A stretch of DNA of 64,000 nucleotides, taken from contig JAHRHZ010000082.1 of the NCBI GenBank assembly GCA_024137785.1, forward strand, positions 8,324,371-8,388,370. The letters run 5' to 3'. A program made the translations under genes and the position numbers. This stretch comes from Ginglymostoma cirratum (taxonomy: Eukaryota). Each line of letters opens with the position of its first letter. The first letter of the stretch is position 1. Below, piece by piece: positions 24,400 to 38,485 of the stretch. The notes under the pieces were generated by a model. It saw only the letters and a program-made list of their open reading frames with translations. It did no database searches and was not told where the DNA came from.

Positions 24400-27023
24400 T
24401 TATTGAATTTACTTTAGCAGCAAATTTTTTTCCAGCAAATTTTTTTCAAAGGCTGAAATTATTTTGAAGTTTTTTTTTTAAAATATAAGCCTCAGAAATT
24501 GATTCGGGGAATTATTCAGATCCAGGAAATCCTGGCCCTGGAAATAAACTGATCTGCCAAGAACTAACTGCTGGTCCTATAGTAATATGCTTTTGCCTCA
24601 GTTGTTGGTTTAAGTGCCATCTACATGGCTCACATCTGCACTGTTGTACTGCTGTTAACAACTTAATCACTGTGTTACAGTGATGAGTCCCTTTGGGGAC
24701 ATCCATGCTGCAGTGGTGCACTCTTCCCTAATAGTTCTGCATCACCTCCCAGGACCTCAGGTATTGCTGGAAATTGTTATATGTATGCATCTGGACAAAA
24801 TTGGTTTCATTTCCGTCTGCTACCCAATATATAGAAGCACCACACATGGGGAACACTCCCTAAACTAGAAAGAAAAGAAAATAGCAAAGTTAAAGCTCTT
24901 TTTTGAGACCTATAAGTCAATGCAGTGTGTGGGAATGCAACCTGAGAATGTGACCCACACCTGAAGCAATTTCTTTATCTTCTCATCCAAGTTCATGTGG
25001 TTGCTTGGTGACTGGGAGGAAGTCTCCGTCAGGTTTCACTCCACCAGTGACCTTTGTATCTAAATCTCTGTCCGTCTGACTTTCATCTTTTTGACTTCGA
25101 GCCAGGGCCTTTGAGTCAACTGTAACTTTTTCAGATTCAGGGTCATTGAATGTCTTTGAACATTTGCCCTGCTCATATTTCTAAGCTGTTAAGGAATGTC
25201 AGAGTCCAAAGCGAAGGATCAGCTGTTTAAATAGAGAGGGATACAATCCCAATCGAATTTAAAAAATATAAGAAAAGCATCACCTTGTCAACATCTAAAT
25301 GTAATTTTTTAAAACAATTAACTCTATTGTTGCTTCTGGACTGAGAGTGTGAAATGTTTGTCACCCCAGTTTTAAATTGCCCTGAACAACAACCTCCAGG
25401 ACTGGTCAAGCAGACTTATTTAAATATAATGTCAGTCTATTTCTGTGGGGCTCGAGCTATAAATATTCAGCATAAATGGATTACAGCTTTGTTTGTGTTA
25501 CGCTGCTGACATGCTTCGATGAAAAAATTTGATGTTCCTATTCATAAAATAAAAAATGTTGATTATGCATCTGTGACTTGGACTTGGGATTTTCTTCATA
25601 GTCATAAAGTCATACAAAATGTAAGCTGTTACATTGACAATTATTTTTCCGCCTTTCGCTGGCATTTTTTTAACTTATATTCTCGTTGAGAACTTCAGGT
25701 GGAAAAATTACTCCCAAAAACACAGGCTTTCCTACTCCAAAAATGGACCAAGGTTCAACAAATATAAGAGTAATGCAGGGAAATAAGGAAAGGTTTGGCA
25801 TCTTTAACAGTCAGAGACTGAAAATACTGATTTTGAGGTCCTCGGTATGTCAAAAATTTGTCTTTGCTATTTCTCATTCTGTTTTCAAAATAAAAACCCA
25901 AAGTAATTTGATTTAGAAAGAAAAAACCACCAAGGGATTCGCACAAAAAAGCTCCTACTATTCCCTGACTCTCTCAAGACCCTGAAGAATTTCTGGAAAA
26001 TTTTTAGTCTGCTGCTGAATGGAAATGGCTGCATTTTCAGTTTACATTAGTTTCATTGGTATCAAAGCTACACTTTGAATGCGAGATGTCCAAGCATTGG
26101 TGAACGTCAGTCAGTTGGTTTGAATGCCATCAAAACCATCTGCATACTGTCTCAGTATTAACTGTAATAGCATGGCAACTCTTTCTGTGGCCTAAGTTAT
26201 TAGCATGCAATCTCTGTATGCTGTCGGGAGAACAACATTTTATAACCCCACATTATTCATACGTTAATAGATACCTACATGTATCAAAACGCACAATTGT
26301 TTGACATTCCCTGATATCCTTTGGCAAATCCTTAAGTTTCAGCACTTATGCAATGTGATTCGCTTCCTTGAAACCACTGTTATAAGTTCTGAAGATAGTG
26401 TAGTGCAAATACTGGTATCTGAGTGATACCAAATCAATGACTGCAACAAAGAAATTGTACATTTTCTAAATTATCTACAACATTATAACAACTGGGATTT
26501 TGTGTTCTCCTGAGACCTTCTACTTGAGCCGAACTGTCAGCCTTGGGAATGACAATGTAGCAATGAAAGGGAGAATAAGCTCAGATAATAACAAAAGGAA
26601 AACTGCATCAAGAAGTAAATTGATGTGATGGAAAGGTAGCTTGATGTATGCACCGTGGCTTTCACAATTTTCAAAGTTACATTATGCACCTTCAGTTTCT
26701 GTTTTCTTTTCAACATTTTCACAGTTAGATTGTTCAGTTGTTAAAGCGTTTAAAATTGGTTGGTTTAGAGTGGAAAATATGAGTAGATGAGCTCCGTGGC
26801 ACTGTTTGTGCTGTTGATGGGAATAAGCAGAGTCTATTTTAGGTGTGTCCCTGTTCCTGGGTCAATTTTAGGAAAAGCTACTTTATCCTTTGTTGGCTGG
26901 TGAAATTGTCATTGAATTCCATTTTACAATCGTTGATGCAAGATTACAGAGGAGAGTAAAACAGAGCCTAACACCGGATGCTGAGTTCCGATGAAGGAAC
27001 AGTGGGTGAATTATGAACAAGTT

Positions 27024-27336
27024 GGGAAGGTATGGTGGCTCAGCGGTTAGCACCGCTTCTTCACAGCGTCAGGGACCCGAGTCTAATTGCATCCTCAGGC
27101 AACTTTCCTCCGGTGCTCTGGTTTATTGCCACAGCCCAAAGATGTGCAACTTAGGTGGATTGGCCATGCTGAATTGTCCGTAGTGTCCAGGAATCTGTAG
27201 GCTAGGTGAGTTAGCCATGGGAAATGCAAAATTACAGGGATAGGGTAGGGGAGTGTGTTTGAGTGGGATGCTGTTTTGAGGAGTCCGTGTAGACCTGAAG
27301 GGTCAAATGGCCTGCATCCACACTGTACAGATTCTA
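27024..27336 (+). mobile_element. HE1-like V-SINE with internal deletion
   Basis: tggtggctcagcggttagcac head; ggtggattggccatgct; cacactgtacagattcta tail. Confidence 0.85.
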
Positions 27337-27954
27337 AGTGATGGGATCCATTTCTAAAAACCAGTTGGATGTGGCAAGGAAGCAAATCTGTTCTGCGCTC
27401 ATTGATTAATTGTTCACCCAACTTTATCTGCTTAGTGTCAAATAAAGGGTTAATTTTCCCTTCACTTTAAAAGTAGCTACTGAGCATGGAAGAAAGGACC
27501 TGTCTCAAAGGGTCTCTCCTACCCTCTCTCGTGCACTCATCTATGTTTGATAAAAAATCAGTTAACGTTGATTCACTTGAAAGTAGGCCTGATCTTCTCA
27601 CAGCCTGTTGGATGAGCATTTGTGTTGATGTCATACAGGAAGTTGAACCTCTAACGTGAGTTAATTGATGGTGGCTGCAATCCTTCATTTTAAAATTGCT
27701 CATTGTTATTCACCTTTTTCTTTCAATATAACAGCATTATTTTGATGTCTAATCCATAAAGCCATCTAATTATTTTAATTACTGTTTCTATCAAAATAAT
27801 GGAAGGTGCTATGACATCCAGCTCATGTTGTTGAGGATTAAAATTGAACAGTGTTTGCACCCATTCTCGTGTACCAACAGATGTGAGGATGCCATCTGGT
27901 TATAATTATTCTATCAAAAAACAATTTTTTTTGCCCTCTATACAATTATTATAA

Positions 27955-28368
27955 CTTTGGCATTTAGAAGAATGAGCGGAGATCTAATTGAGGTCTGCAG
28001 GATGTTAAAGGAGATTGACAAAGACATGGAGAGGATGTTTCCTCATGTTGGACCATCTAGAACGAGAGGTCATAGTTTTAGGATAAGAGATAGCAAATTT
28101 AAAACCAATAAATGGAGAAATTACTTATCTCAAAGGGTTGTGAGTCTATAAAATTCACAAACGCAAATTGCAGTGGATGCTGGGTTGTTGCTCAAATTTA
28201 AGGAGAAGATAGATAGGAGTTTTAATTAGTAATGGGTTGAAAGAATATGGAACACAGGCAGGCAAATGGACTTGTGGCCAAGGTGAGAACAGCCATGATC
28301 ATATTAATTGGCAGAACAGGCTGAAGGGGCTGAATTGCCCGCTCCAGATCCTAGTTCTTATGTTCTTA
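27955..28368 (+). mobile_element. CR1 3' end
   Basis: ORF 27957-28151 FRRMSGDLIEV...RMFPHVGPSRTRGHSFRI...SQRVV is typical CR1 ORF2 C-terminus; ends ttcttatgttctta. Confidence 0.92.
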
Positions 28369-30523
28369 AGCATTACAATGGGAAGGAAGGTTTCAACTGA
28401 GTTTATCTCTTCAAAACAGGGCATGAGGAGGCTTGCCTTGAAGTGCAAGTGTTGAGATTGGTAACAGTCAGTTGTGGGGTACTGGCCTCTTTCATTACTC
28501 AACACTCTGTAATTTTACTTTTAATGGGTCATGCTGCAAGACATGTGAATAAAAAAGCAATCTGGCAATTTAAGGCTTTAAAGAATATGTTTATGTGAGC
28601 TGGAACAACAAGTAAGCGTTATCAGTCCGAAGGAATAGAGCCCCTTAAGGTACACGGTGTAGCTATTTATTAAATGGTGCAGGGTTTCTCAGTCATGTAT
28701 AAAACCAAATCAGTTCTATTAATGGTATTAAAATAAGAACAGTTGTGTTTTAGTTTGTCCAGATAATGTACTAACTACTTTGGCATACCAAACAAAAATC
28801 AAATGACTCGAGTGGTGCTGGAACCAACAGAAAACCAGCGTTACATGTTTCTCTTTCCCAAGACCTGCACTCTATTTGGATGCTTCATATCACAAGTTTT
28901 GGGAACACTCATTTAATTATGAATACACATATCATAGTTAACAGTTCATGAGCTACAATTGCTCCTGTTCACTGACCCTGCTGTGGTGTCTTTTTGATCT
29001 ACTTTGGAGAGTCCTTTCTCTACCTTACCTTTATAGAACATATTGGCTGCAAGCTCTTAGAAATTGAATATTCAAATACATTTAAGGCAGATAAACATTT
29101 ATGAGGAAGCTTTTTGCTTCAAGTTGTTTTCAGGTTGTGAATTTGCAAGGGATGCATGTGTTTTCAGTAATATTATCTGAAAGTAGATCATTCAAATGGG
29201 TTTCCATTTTTTGTTTGTGATGCAACGCACATAAATATACATTACTATGAACCACTCCAAGAGGATGGAAGGAAATGACCTGCTCAAGCTCTGAGGCAAG
29301 CATATGTGTTATTTACCTGAAACCATTGATTTTCCCCATTGCTCTGTAAGGAGCTGTCTAGTTTCTGATTTCCCCACAGCCATGCTGTTGAGCTGAAATC
29401 AACAGCACTGGAATCCAACTGGCATCCCAACCTGCAAAGGTGCAGTGCTTTGATACTCCTGAATTTTTTTAATTTAAGATCATTGGTGACCCATGTTCCG
29501 AATACAAAAGGTTCCTCCACTTCAGTGACACAATCTAAAACATGAGCTGTGGTACATGTGGCTTATGCTGTTTGGCCGAAATTTTCCACTGGCCAAACAG
29601 TTGTTATTCTAGACTAGGTAGGAATTGCTCATGGAGAATCCTGTGGAATCCCTATCATAACAGACTCTGACGGAATTTCCTGGGAAACTGAAGATCCCAC
29701 TGGGCAATTTCCTGACAATTGGAACTCTCCAAAAATCTTTTAAATTGGAATTCAGAAGGATCCAATGAAATTAAGGAAATAGTTACAGAGGAATAGTTAG
29801 ATGATTAAATACATAACTTAACTCCTTTCCAAAATGCAGAGCTCGCTCCTTTCATTAACAAAAAAAGAGGCAATTTGACGATCTCGCTGAGATTGCCACG
29901 CCTCAGAAAATCTGTCCGAATATGTTTCTCTTTGGACTTCTGCTTACTTCAAGGATGCTGTTTGCTTGGCCCTTGGTAAACCTTAGTAATCTAATAACAA
30001 TGTATTTATGTATGCACGTAACTATGCAATCTTTTGATTCATACAGTCTATTAAGGTGTATCACTGTACATTTTGGAAGATTATATGAGTTAGGTGAGGT
30101 GAGACCGTTCACCGGAATGAATACAAGAATATCTAGAAACGTGATAAAAGATCTGTTTTTTTTTAAAAAAACCTGTGATCTGAACATCAATGTAGCTGTA
30201 AAATGTGTCTACAAGAAATAGAGAGAGCAGAGGTGGATTGTTTTTAATATTGTGATGTAAGGTATATGATCTATGTGTATTTATTGCCATTTATTTCAGA
30301 GTATGGATTTTGAACTAGTGTCGCAGGGGTTTAGTTTGCATGTATGAGAAGGCCTAATAATTAATTTGTTATGTTTTCTGGAGCCTTGATTTTTTTTTAA
30401 AGACAAGTATGAGAGAGACACTTATGGAGTGGTATCAGTTTTCTTTCAGTTAGGGCTTTTTTTTGAATAAGGAAATCCCCTATAGCTTAGAACGCTTTTT
30501 GTATCAGTCATGGGTTGAAGTTC

Positions 30524-30733
30524 TTTTTCTTTATTCATTCACAGGATGAGGGCATTGCCGGCTAGGCAGCATTTATTGCCCAGAGAGCAGTTAAGAGTCA
30601 AGCACATTGCTGTGGGACTGGAGTCAAATGTAGGCCAGACCAGGTAAGGATGGCAGTTTCCTTCCCTAAAGGACATGCGTAAACCAGATGGGTTTTTCTG
30701 ACAATCGGCAATGGATTCACGGTCATCATTAGA
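30524..30733 (-). mobile_element. SINE family B, 5'-truncated
   Basis: Reverse complement of the 3' half of 20596-20951. Confidence 0.9.
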
Positions 30734-31155
30734 ATGATGAACAGAATGATGATACAAACCAACAGTCTGGCACAGAACAGCGAACCTGGCAAATTCAGCA
30801 GATCATTGCTAGTTATACAGAAAATCAGGGTCCCAAAGAGGCCACTTGAGTTTGACCCATTCAGTATTTTGCACAAGTGAGAAGTGTGGTGTATTGGAAA
30901 GTAGCTTTCTCTGCCTGTATGAGCAGGCAGTAGTTCAGCAACAGACAGAAAACAAGGCTGTTTCTGTGTCCATCAGTTCAGTTTCTGTTGAAGGCATCTT
31001 TGACTCCAGAGGAATTTACCTCTTTTTTTTTTTTGCTGCTGTGCAATGTGAGATGCCAGTCAAGCACGCTCTTTTGGATGAGGCTCCTTCTAGTTGCAAA
31101 CTGAGGCCGAGATAGAATAGAGAGGGAGGAAAATAAGGTAGATAGTAAAGAAGTG

Positions 31156-31503
31156 AGGCACGGTGGCTCAGTGCTTAGCACTGCTCCCTCACAGCATCAG
31201 GGACCCAAGTTCATTTTTGCCCTCGGGTGACTGTCTGTGTGGAGTTTGCACGTTCTCTCTGTGTCTGTGCTGGTTTTCTCTGGGTGCTCTGGTTTCCTCC
31301 CACAAGGATTTGCAGGTTAGGTGGATTGGCTTCGCTAAATTGCCCATAGTGTCCAGGGATGTGCAGGTTAGGTGGATTAGCCATGGGAAATGCAGGGATA
31401 GGGTAGGGGGCTGGGTCTGGATGGGATTTCTTTGGAGAGCTGATGTGGACCCAGTGGGCTGAATGGCCTGCTTTCACACTGTAGGGATTCTATAATTCTA
31501 TGA
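31156..31503 (+). mobile_element. HE1-like V-SINE
   Basis: ggcacggtggctcagtg head, ctgtgtggagtttgcacgttctc V-domain, duplicated gcaggttaggtggatt, gattctataattctatga tail. Confidence 0.9.
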
Positions 31504-33869
31504 GAGATGGTGGGAAAGAGAGAGGAGATGGGGAGGAACTGTTTGTTGGTAGAAGGTTGAGATTCAGAGACCAAGGATTTAAGGTGATTGGCAGAAATAA
31601 GATGTTGGTTACAGGGACTGAGTCAGGTAATGGGGCCAGCAGAGAGCTGGCAAGGGCATTTTGGGCTGAATAACCACCTCCTATGTTGCAACTGTTCTAC
31701 CATTCCATGATATGATTAGAAGAACAAGAACTGCTCCTTTAACCTATTGCTTTGAAAACTCTAGATCTTTAAAATACATTACATTTTGATATCTACTTTA
31801 AACTTACATTTCATTCATTCATTTTTGTGTGTTTGGGTCCGGAGAGCCTACCTGCTTTGTACAAATTAATATTTCACAAGCCTTACTGAGGTGACGCCCA
31901 CTATTCCTCTCTTTCATGTTTGAATTTACTTGTCTTGTTTATTTACATGTGTTGCTCTGCTGCTTTTCTCTGCACCCTGTCCCATGTTTGCACAGATATT
32001 AATCTTAAAATATTAGCATATGCAAGTTTGGGATTTACCAGAATTTTAATGTATAAATTTATCTTTTATTCCCTCTGCTTCACTCATGAATTTTTGTGGA
32101 AACCTATTTTGGCAGATCTTGGGAAGGATTATTTTTCCACCAGTACAGTTTTTTGCAGAAAATTTATGCAGCAAATTAATGTCTCACTCTCTGCTTGTAA
32201 ATGCAAGTTTGCTAACTGTTAGTCTTAATGGACACTACTGATATAGTAAGTACTGGAGTGTAGTAGGTAGTGTTTGTGTCCTCTTTTAAACTTCTAAGAA
32301 TTATTGTGAACTGAAACAGAGTATGTGCATAGTTTCCTTGGCACTTTCTAGGATTGTCCCTGACATGCCAACAGTGGTGTCTGTCTCTCATTCTGAGAGT
32401 TAAACTGGTGGTGTTACAGGTGAAACTTGCTTACAGAAAAAATGGCTGATCAGTGTGCTGAACTGCTCTCACTCACCTTTACACAAGCCAACAGTGTAAT
32501 TTCCCTTTTGACAACCTTCACCAGTGATTAACGAAGGTAACAACTCAGCAAATGAATCATAGGCGACAAGTTCAAAGCAACTGCACAATGCAATATTCTG
32601 TATGAACAGTTGTTTTAAGCTCCTTTTTTATGTTACAGGCCTCCAGTGCCAAGACACAGATGATCCCAGGTTGTTAATACTTTTCCTGCCTGATGCAATG
32701 CAATAGCAGAAGGAATCATGTCAATCTCTTGTTACCAAGTGTTCCCACTCCTAAAATTCACTCGATTCAAAACGAAAGCACGCACACCATTCAGAATCTC
32801 TTTTAATGCCTCTATTGCTTTAAAGCTCTTATCATGCCACTACACACCCATACATTGTGCAGCAATGGGAACTGAAGTCTTGCTGTATATTCCTTTTTAT
32901 CCTATTGTCCTACAGTACTGAGCAATGTATGAACTTGTGGGAAATGAGATCTCGATGTGGAACAAGTACAAAGGAGAAGTTTAATTCCAAGGGGCAAAGT
33001 GTTCCATCGGGGGCAGCAAGATTCAGCACTGTGTTGCTGTGGTTTATAAATATGTCAAAGAAGCAAGAAGTTAAAACATTGTCTCATCAATTCTGTATGA
33101 AATGCGTGACAAACGTGACCTTTCGTGTGCTCATCCTGCCCAGTTTAAGAGACTTGCAGACGCTGAATGAACAGCCTTATTATCTATTTAGTGCCTTTCA
33201 TCTCAAACATCTTCATCTTGGTGGCTTGTTCTTCCTTTGCCGGATATGGGGGCGAATTGTTAATCAAGCCAGGTCAGAATGGGCTTCATTTTTCTGCATT
33301 TCCAAAGACTTCTGTATCATTCTGTTGCCACAGTAGCCAGCAAAGATTTTTTTATGATCTATTCAAGCCCTGTGCTTTTGGTATCAATATGTTTTATAGC
33401 CAGTGAAGCGAAAATCTTTTGGTCACGTGATTCATGTCAAGTTTTACTGCTTACATTGAAAATCTGCAGAACTGTAAGTCCATTCATATCCTGTGCAAAA
33501 AATAGCCGGTATTGTTCAGTTATTTCTATGATTTATCTCATCTTTTCCTTTATTAGTACAAATTAAAATTCTTTCCACCCACCCACCCCCCATTCCACTT
33601 TTACCACACCCAAATTAGTGCTGTGTACAGAATTAATTATTGGCTCTAGAAACATTCCGTTGCATTCATTTTAACTTCTTACACAGATACTTCAAATGAA
33701 ATACGTTATTATCTGCTACCAATTTTAATTTGGGTTATAATTGTTTAAAAAATCTTGGAGTGAGAAATGGGTCGATAGAATGGTACAAGATTTTCAAGGG
33801 GCATTTTGGGTGTAGTCAGATATCTCTGAGCAGTTAAATATCACAGTTAAATAATCATCTGAGAAGCTT

Positions 33870-34100
33870 TCTTGTTTCAGGGTTTTTGTTTGGAGTTAGG
33901 AGGGGGTCGCCAAAAAGCGGGGTATATTGTCTGAAGGATCCTAGACTGAGGTCTATTAGTTCAGTAGTGGAGGAATGAAGATTGATTCTAGGAATGGACA
34001 ATTGTAGGACATCACGGAGGTAGGAGGTGGGAGGATCACAGAGGGATTTGGAGATAATGATGAGAATTTTAAAGATGGTATTTCTCTTGTCAAAATACCC
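33870..34100 (-). mobile_element. L2-like LINE ORF2 C-terminal remnant
   Basis: Minus ORF reads IFKILIIISKSLCDPPTSYLRDVLQ, resembling the L2 FKIL.L.FKSL.G.AP.YL..LLQ motif. Confidence 0.6.
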
Positions 34101-34104
34101 ATTA

Positions 34105-34145
34105 CCAGACCTGCTGTGTTTCTCCAACACTTTCTGTTTTCACTT
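34105..34145 (+). mobile_element. Small PLE pseudo-LTR fragment (no hammerhead part)
   Basis: ccagacctgctgtgtttctccaacactttctg matches the arms at 13180-13205 and 10353-10380. Confidence 0.5.
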
Positions 34146-34224
34146 GAACAGGAATTTAGTGTCCATGACAATGTTGTGCATCAGAACTGCATAAGAATGG
34201 GAGATGGAGTACACACTGCTGCTG

Positions 34225-34850
34225 CCTCTCCCCAGTGTTCCCCTGTCCCCTCACTGCCCTGCTCACCCTCTAATCTGCCCTCCCCTCACTGCCCTCACTG
34301 CCCTGGTCACCCTCTCTATTCTTCACTCCCCTCACTGCCCTGCTCACCCTCTTCATTCTCCACCCCCCTCACTGCCCTGCTCACCCTCTCTATTCTCCAC
34401 TGCCCTGCTCACCCTCNNNNNNNNNNGCTCACCCTCTCTATTCTCCACTGCCCTGCTCACCCTCTCTATTCTCTACTCCCCTCACTGTCCTGTCACCCAC
34501 TTCATTCTCCACTCCCCTCGTTGCCCTGTCACCCTCTCTATTCTCCATTCCCGTCAGTGCCCTGTCACCCTCTCTATTCTCCACTGCCCTCACTGCCCTG
34601 CCCTCCCTCCCTATTCTTCACACCTGTAATCAGCCCGCTCACCCTCTCCATTCTCCATTCCCTTACTGCCCGGCTCACCCTTTAATCTGCCCTACCCTCA
34701 CTGTCCTGCTCACCCTCTCCCCTCCATTGCCTGTTCACCCTCTCCATTCTCCACTTCCCTCACCACCTACATGTCCCTCCATTTTTCCACTTCTGGCTTT
34801 GCCTGCTTGCTCCTTTGTTTTCCTCTTCCCTTGCTGCCTGCTCATCCTGT
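34225..34850. repeat. C/T-rich minisatellite, ~37-bp unit with 28-bp variant
   Basis: Unit cccctcactgccctgctcaccctctctattctccact repeated, degenerating toward both edges. Confidence 0.9.
34417..34426. other. Assembly gap (10 N)
   Basis: nnnnnnnnnn inside the minisatellite. Confidence 1.
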
Positions 34851-36261
34851 GACCTACTGGCCACTCTTTTCAATGTGCTTTATTTTAGTTGACAATTCCT
34901 GCCGCTATAATTTTGGTTGGTATTAGTTATCTCCTATTATGTATATTCAGTGCTGCTGTTATGAACTCTTCTCTCAAAGCTATGGTACAACACCAACCGC
35001 CAAACAAAAGCCAAAACAATGTGACTTCTTAGTCAGTTTTAATCAATAAGTAGTCTGAAATCAAGTGGTCCATTTTTAAGGGTATGACCCACCTGATGGA
35101 AGGGGTCGATGGACTGAACCATTTTCATTGTCGGGCCTCCTCTGTGTTCTATGAGTCAGCTGCTCTACTCCTTGTGATTTTGACAGTTTCTGCTTTTGAA
35201 AAGGAGATTGCCTCTGCCTCTGGTAAATTAAGGCAGAGAAATCTGGCTGCCTGTAGGCTGTATGGGCCCAATGCTAAGATTTGAACATGGTTTCAAGATG
35301 TTTTAAAGTATATGTTGCACCCAGGGCAGCAAGACAGAAAAAGTCTATGGGATTGTAAACACTCAGTCTGCCACTGGATTGATGGCAATGGGGTGGAAGG
35401 AACTCTGCAGCTTCTTTTGCTCCCCAATAACTGCCGTCAGTATGCATAAAAGGTTTGTCCAAATGGTTTTGGGAACACAGTGTTTGCTTATTTAACCTAA
35501 AAGTGGGGCAATGACAATTAGCTCACAGCAGCATCAAAAGAAGCAGGTGACAAGTTGCCTGTTCTGTACTTTCAACAGTGATGCGGTGCCTTCTATAGCA
35601 AACCAAGCTCAAGAGAACTTGATAGCAGCTGCGTCCTGTCAGTGAAAAAGTGTTGTGAGAAAGTGTTTCCCTGAAGCTTGTTTTCCGACACTAGGCACCT
35701 CTGCTCTGTTGAAAGGACATACAGGCATCATGACTTGTTTGTGTTGATATTGCCGTGTGACTGGCTGGTATCCATTTCCCTGTGCCCAGCTTTGTTCATG
35801 GCACTTGATCTTGAACATAGTAGATCAGCAACAATTAGGACTATCTATTGATGGACGTGTTAAACGTTGCATTCTGTTAATGAAAATATGCTTTATTTCC
35901 AGAGCTAAGATGTAACTCACCTCTATTACTCATTTGCAAAATTAAACATCATTCAGTCTGAATTTGAGCAGGAATATCTAAACTGTGGTCTGTTATCTGT
36001 CACTGTCACGTTATAATGACTTGACCCAGAAGGCTTAAGAATGTGTCTGTTGATGCTTGACTCTCACTGGTTTGTTGCCTTTGAAAACCTGTGAGGTGTG
36101 AAAGTTTTGAAAAGCTTTTTCTTAGTGTTAGAATCAGAGGAGAAAATGCTTGTAATACTCAATAGGTCAGGCAGGTACATGGAGAGAACTTAGGAAAACC
36201 GGTGATGCATTAATATTTATTGCGAGCGGTTTGCATAATATTAAGAAAACCCATCTCCAAT

Positions 36262-36545
36262 TATATTGGCTTTGTGAGACTGTACCTGAAATAAACAGTG
36301 CAATTTGGTTTCCTTACTTAAGTGCATATTTATCCTGGACAGGGTGCAATGAAGGTTCATGACATTCATTCCTGGAATGTGAAGCTGTCCTATGTTTAGA
36401 GGTTGTGCAGAAGGATCATTTCTGTTTTGAATTTGAGGGCAGTAAAGGAGGATCTTGCTGAAATGTATTAGATTTTTCAGGGACTGGTCAGGATAGCTAC
36501 TTAGAGGCTGTTCCTCCCTGGCTGTAAAGTCTAGACCTGGGTTTG
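36262..36545 (+). mobile_element. Decayed CR1 ORF2 fragment
   Basis: gtgagactgtacctg...gtgcaatttggtttccttactt...agggtgcaatgaaggttca, resembling the VRPHLEYCVQFWSP...RVQRRF region. Confidence 0.7.
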
Positions 36546-38237
36546 CGGATCTACATTTCCACTTGCGCTGCTGGAGTGCGAGGTTTTCCTGGCTCACTGC
36601 ATCCACCTCTGGAGACCACCTCCACTCACCTTGGTCAAAGGCACAGTCTTTGTTCCAAAGGGAGATGTGCGATTCAGGATGGACTCAAGCCCACCACTCC
36701 CATTGATTGGGTGTGATTATAGGGGCAGCCAAGTGACAGGATGTGCTGATTAAAACTCACCATGCATTGTTTTGTTGTATTTTAGGTCATCTGGCCCTCA
36801 CCGCTCACATCCTATGACCTCTCTGTCCACACTCCAGCCCATCTCTGTGCCCTGAGGCCAATATAATATTAAATCATACCAATCCATACATCCTTCTTAA
36901 TGCCAGCTCATGCCCTGCCACCCATTCCCACCAGCTCTTATCGTCTTGTGTTAATGCATGATAACATACCCTTGGCCCTTACATTCTCCGTTTGAACTCA
37001 CCCCATATGGACTGTAGGCAGACTTCAGGAGCCATGTTGAGATCAAATATAATAAATGTCTGAATGTATATTTTAGCTATGACTACGCTTACTGTCACTG
37101 CAACTACCGGGGACACTCGCTACCTGTGCAATCACAGTGCATGTGTTGTCACTGCTAGTGACACCGTTGGTAACTGCTCCTGTCAATGAATAGAACCATC
37201 TGCAGTACTGAACAATGCAAAGATATTTTAAGAAGTGCAGCACCAACAAAATGTGTTTTTACAAATGCTGTAACTCAGCTCAACTCAATTAAATTCCAAT
37301 CCTAGGATTGAGATTTTCTTGCTGCCCCACTCCCAAAACTTAGTTGCTCTGCTTGTGACCATCTGACCCCTCATTGCCTTTCTCCTGCTCACTGCCCTGC
37401 TTCTTCACTCTTTGCCATTCCCTGAGTGAGGGCGCAGGCCATTCAGTGGGAGGAAGGCAGTGAGGGGTCAGGCGTAGGGTGGCATGGGCGGTGGTGAGTA
37501 TACACACAGTGATAATGTCCATAACACTGCAAGTGTGCCTATGGATGGAATGGATCTCTAGGCACACATTGATGAACATTCCTGTTCTAGTGCAATGTCA
37601 GGAGATCAGGTGTATTTTAAAAAGTGCTCCTTCATGTGAAAGTCCATGTGAAATTTCTGAGTTTCAATTGCATAATCCCTTATAAAATTCATCTCCTATT
37701 CATTACTTCACAATGAAGAGACTCAATTATCTCTTTGAGCTACAAATCAAACTGTGAACTTAGGAAGTGCTTTCTGAGGTAATTATGTAGAAAACAGCCA
37801 AACATTCATAATGCCCTTGGGGGGAAATATCAAGTGGCTACTATAACTGCTAGAACAGAGCCTTTTCCCCTGACACAGGTAACTTCTTAATATTTAAAAC
37901 ACCGTGGATTTAAGTAACTTCAAATTGTGATAATTCTACGGTCCTTAAATGCCCTGCAAAAGTGTTCATGTCTCTTCCATTAATTCATGACTGCTACACT
38001 TTTGAATAAGGCCCTTACTCTGATGAAAATAATATCTGTTTGAGCTGAGCGTTGAGGTCAAAAGATCCTGTTAGGTTCAGGTTTTCATCACATCATTTAT
38101 GGTCCCATGCCCTTTTTCCTGACTGGCGAATATGGGATCTGTCCGTGTGGAAGTCCTGCCCCCATTTTCCGATGCTACCAGCCATTTTTAGAAGTCCAGG
38201 CAGTCTGCACAACTGTGAAAAAATTCAGGCCATGCTT

Positions 38238-38476
38238 GGGATTTGGGGCTGCCCATTTAGGATAAAGAGTAGGAGCAATTTCTTCACTCAGGGAATTATG
38301 AACTTCTTGAATTCCATTCTCCTGCAGTGAATGCTCAGTTGCTGAGAAGTAATAGATTTTTGGGCACAAAGTGGATCAAAAGATATGGGGAAGTAGAGGT
38401 GTGGAGAAGATCAGCAATAATCTTATTAAAAGATGGAGCAGGCTGGGGGGGCCTCTTCCACCTTTTGTTTCCTATG
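38238..38476 (+). mobile_element. CR1 3' end fragment
   Basis: IWGCPFRIKSRSNFFTQG motif in ORF 38052-38330, then 3'UTR ending tttcctatg. Confidence 0.75.
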
Positions 38477-38485
38477 GGCGTGTTT

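Noticed and set aside
29568-29600. 10-bp perfect stem ctgtttggcc/ggccaaacag (also small hairpins at ~6307-6380 and ~49129-49151)
   Set aside because: Short and isolated, with no supporting context; may be chance or a fragment of an old repeat.
34116-34685. Longest ORFs (189 and 141 aa, Pro/Ser/Leu/His-rich)
   Set aside because: Translation of the minisatellite across an N gap; not a gene.
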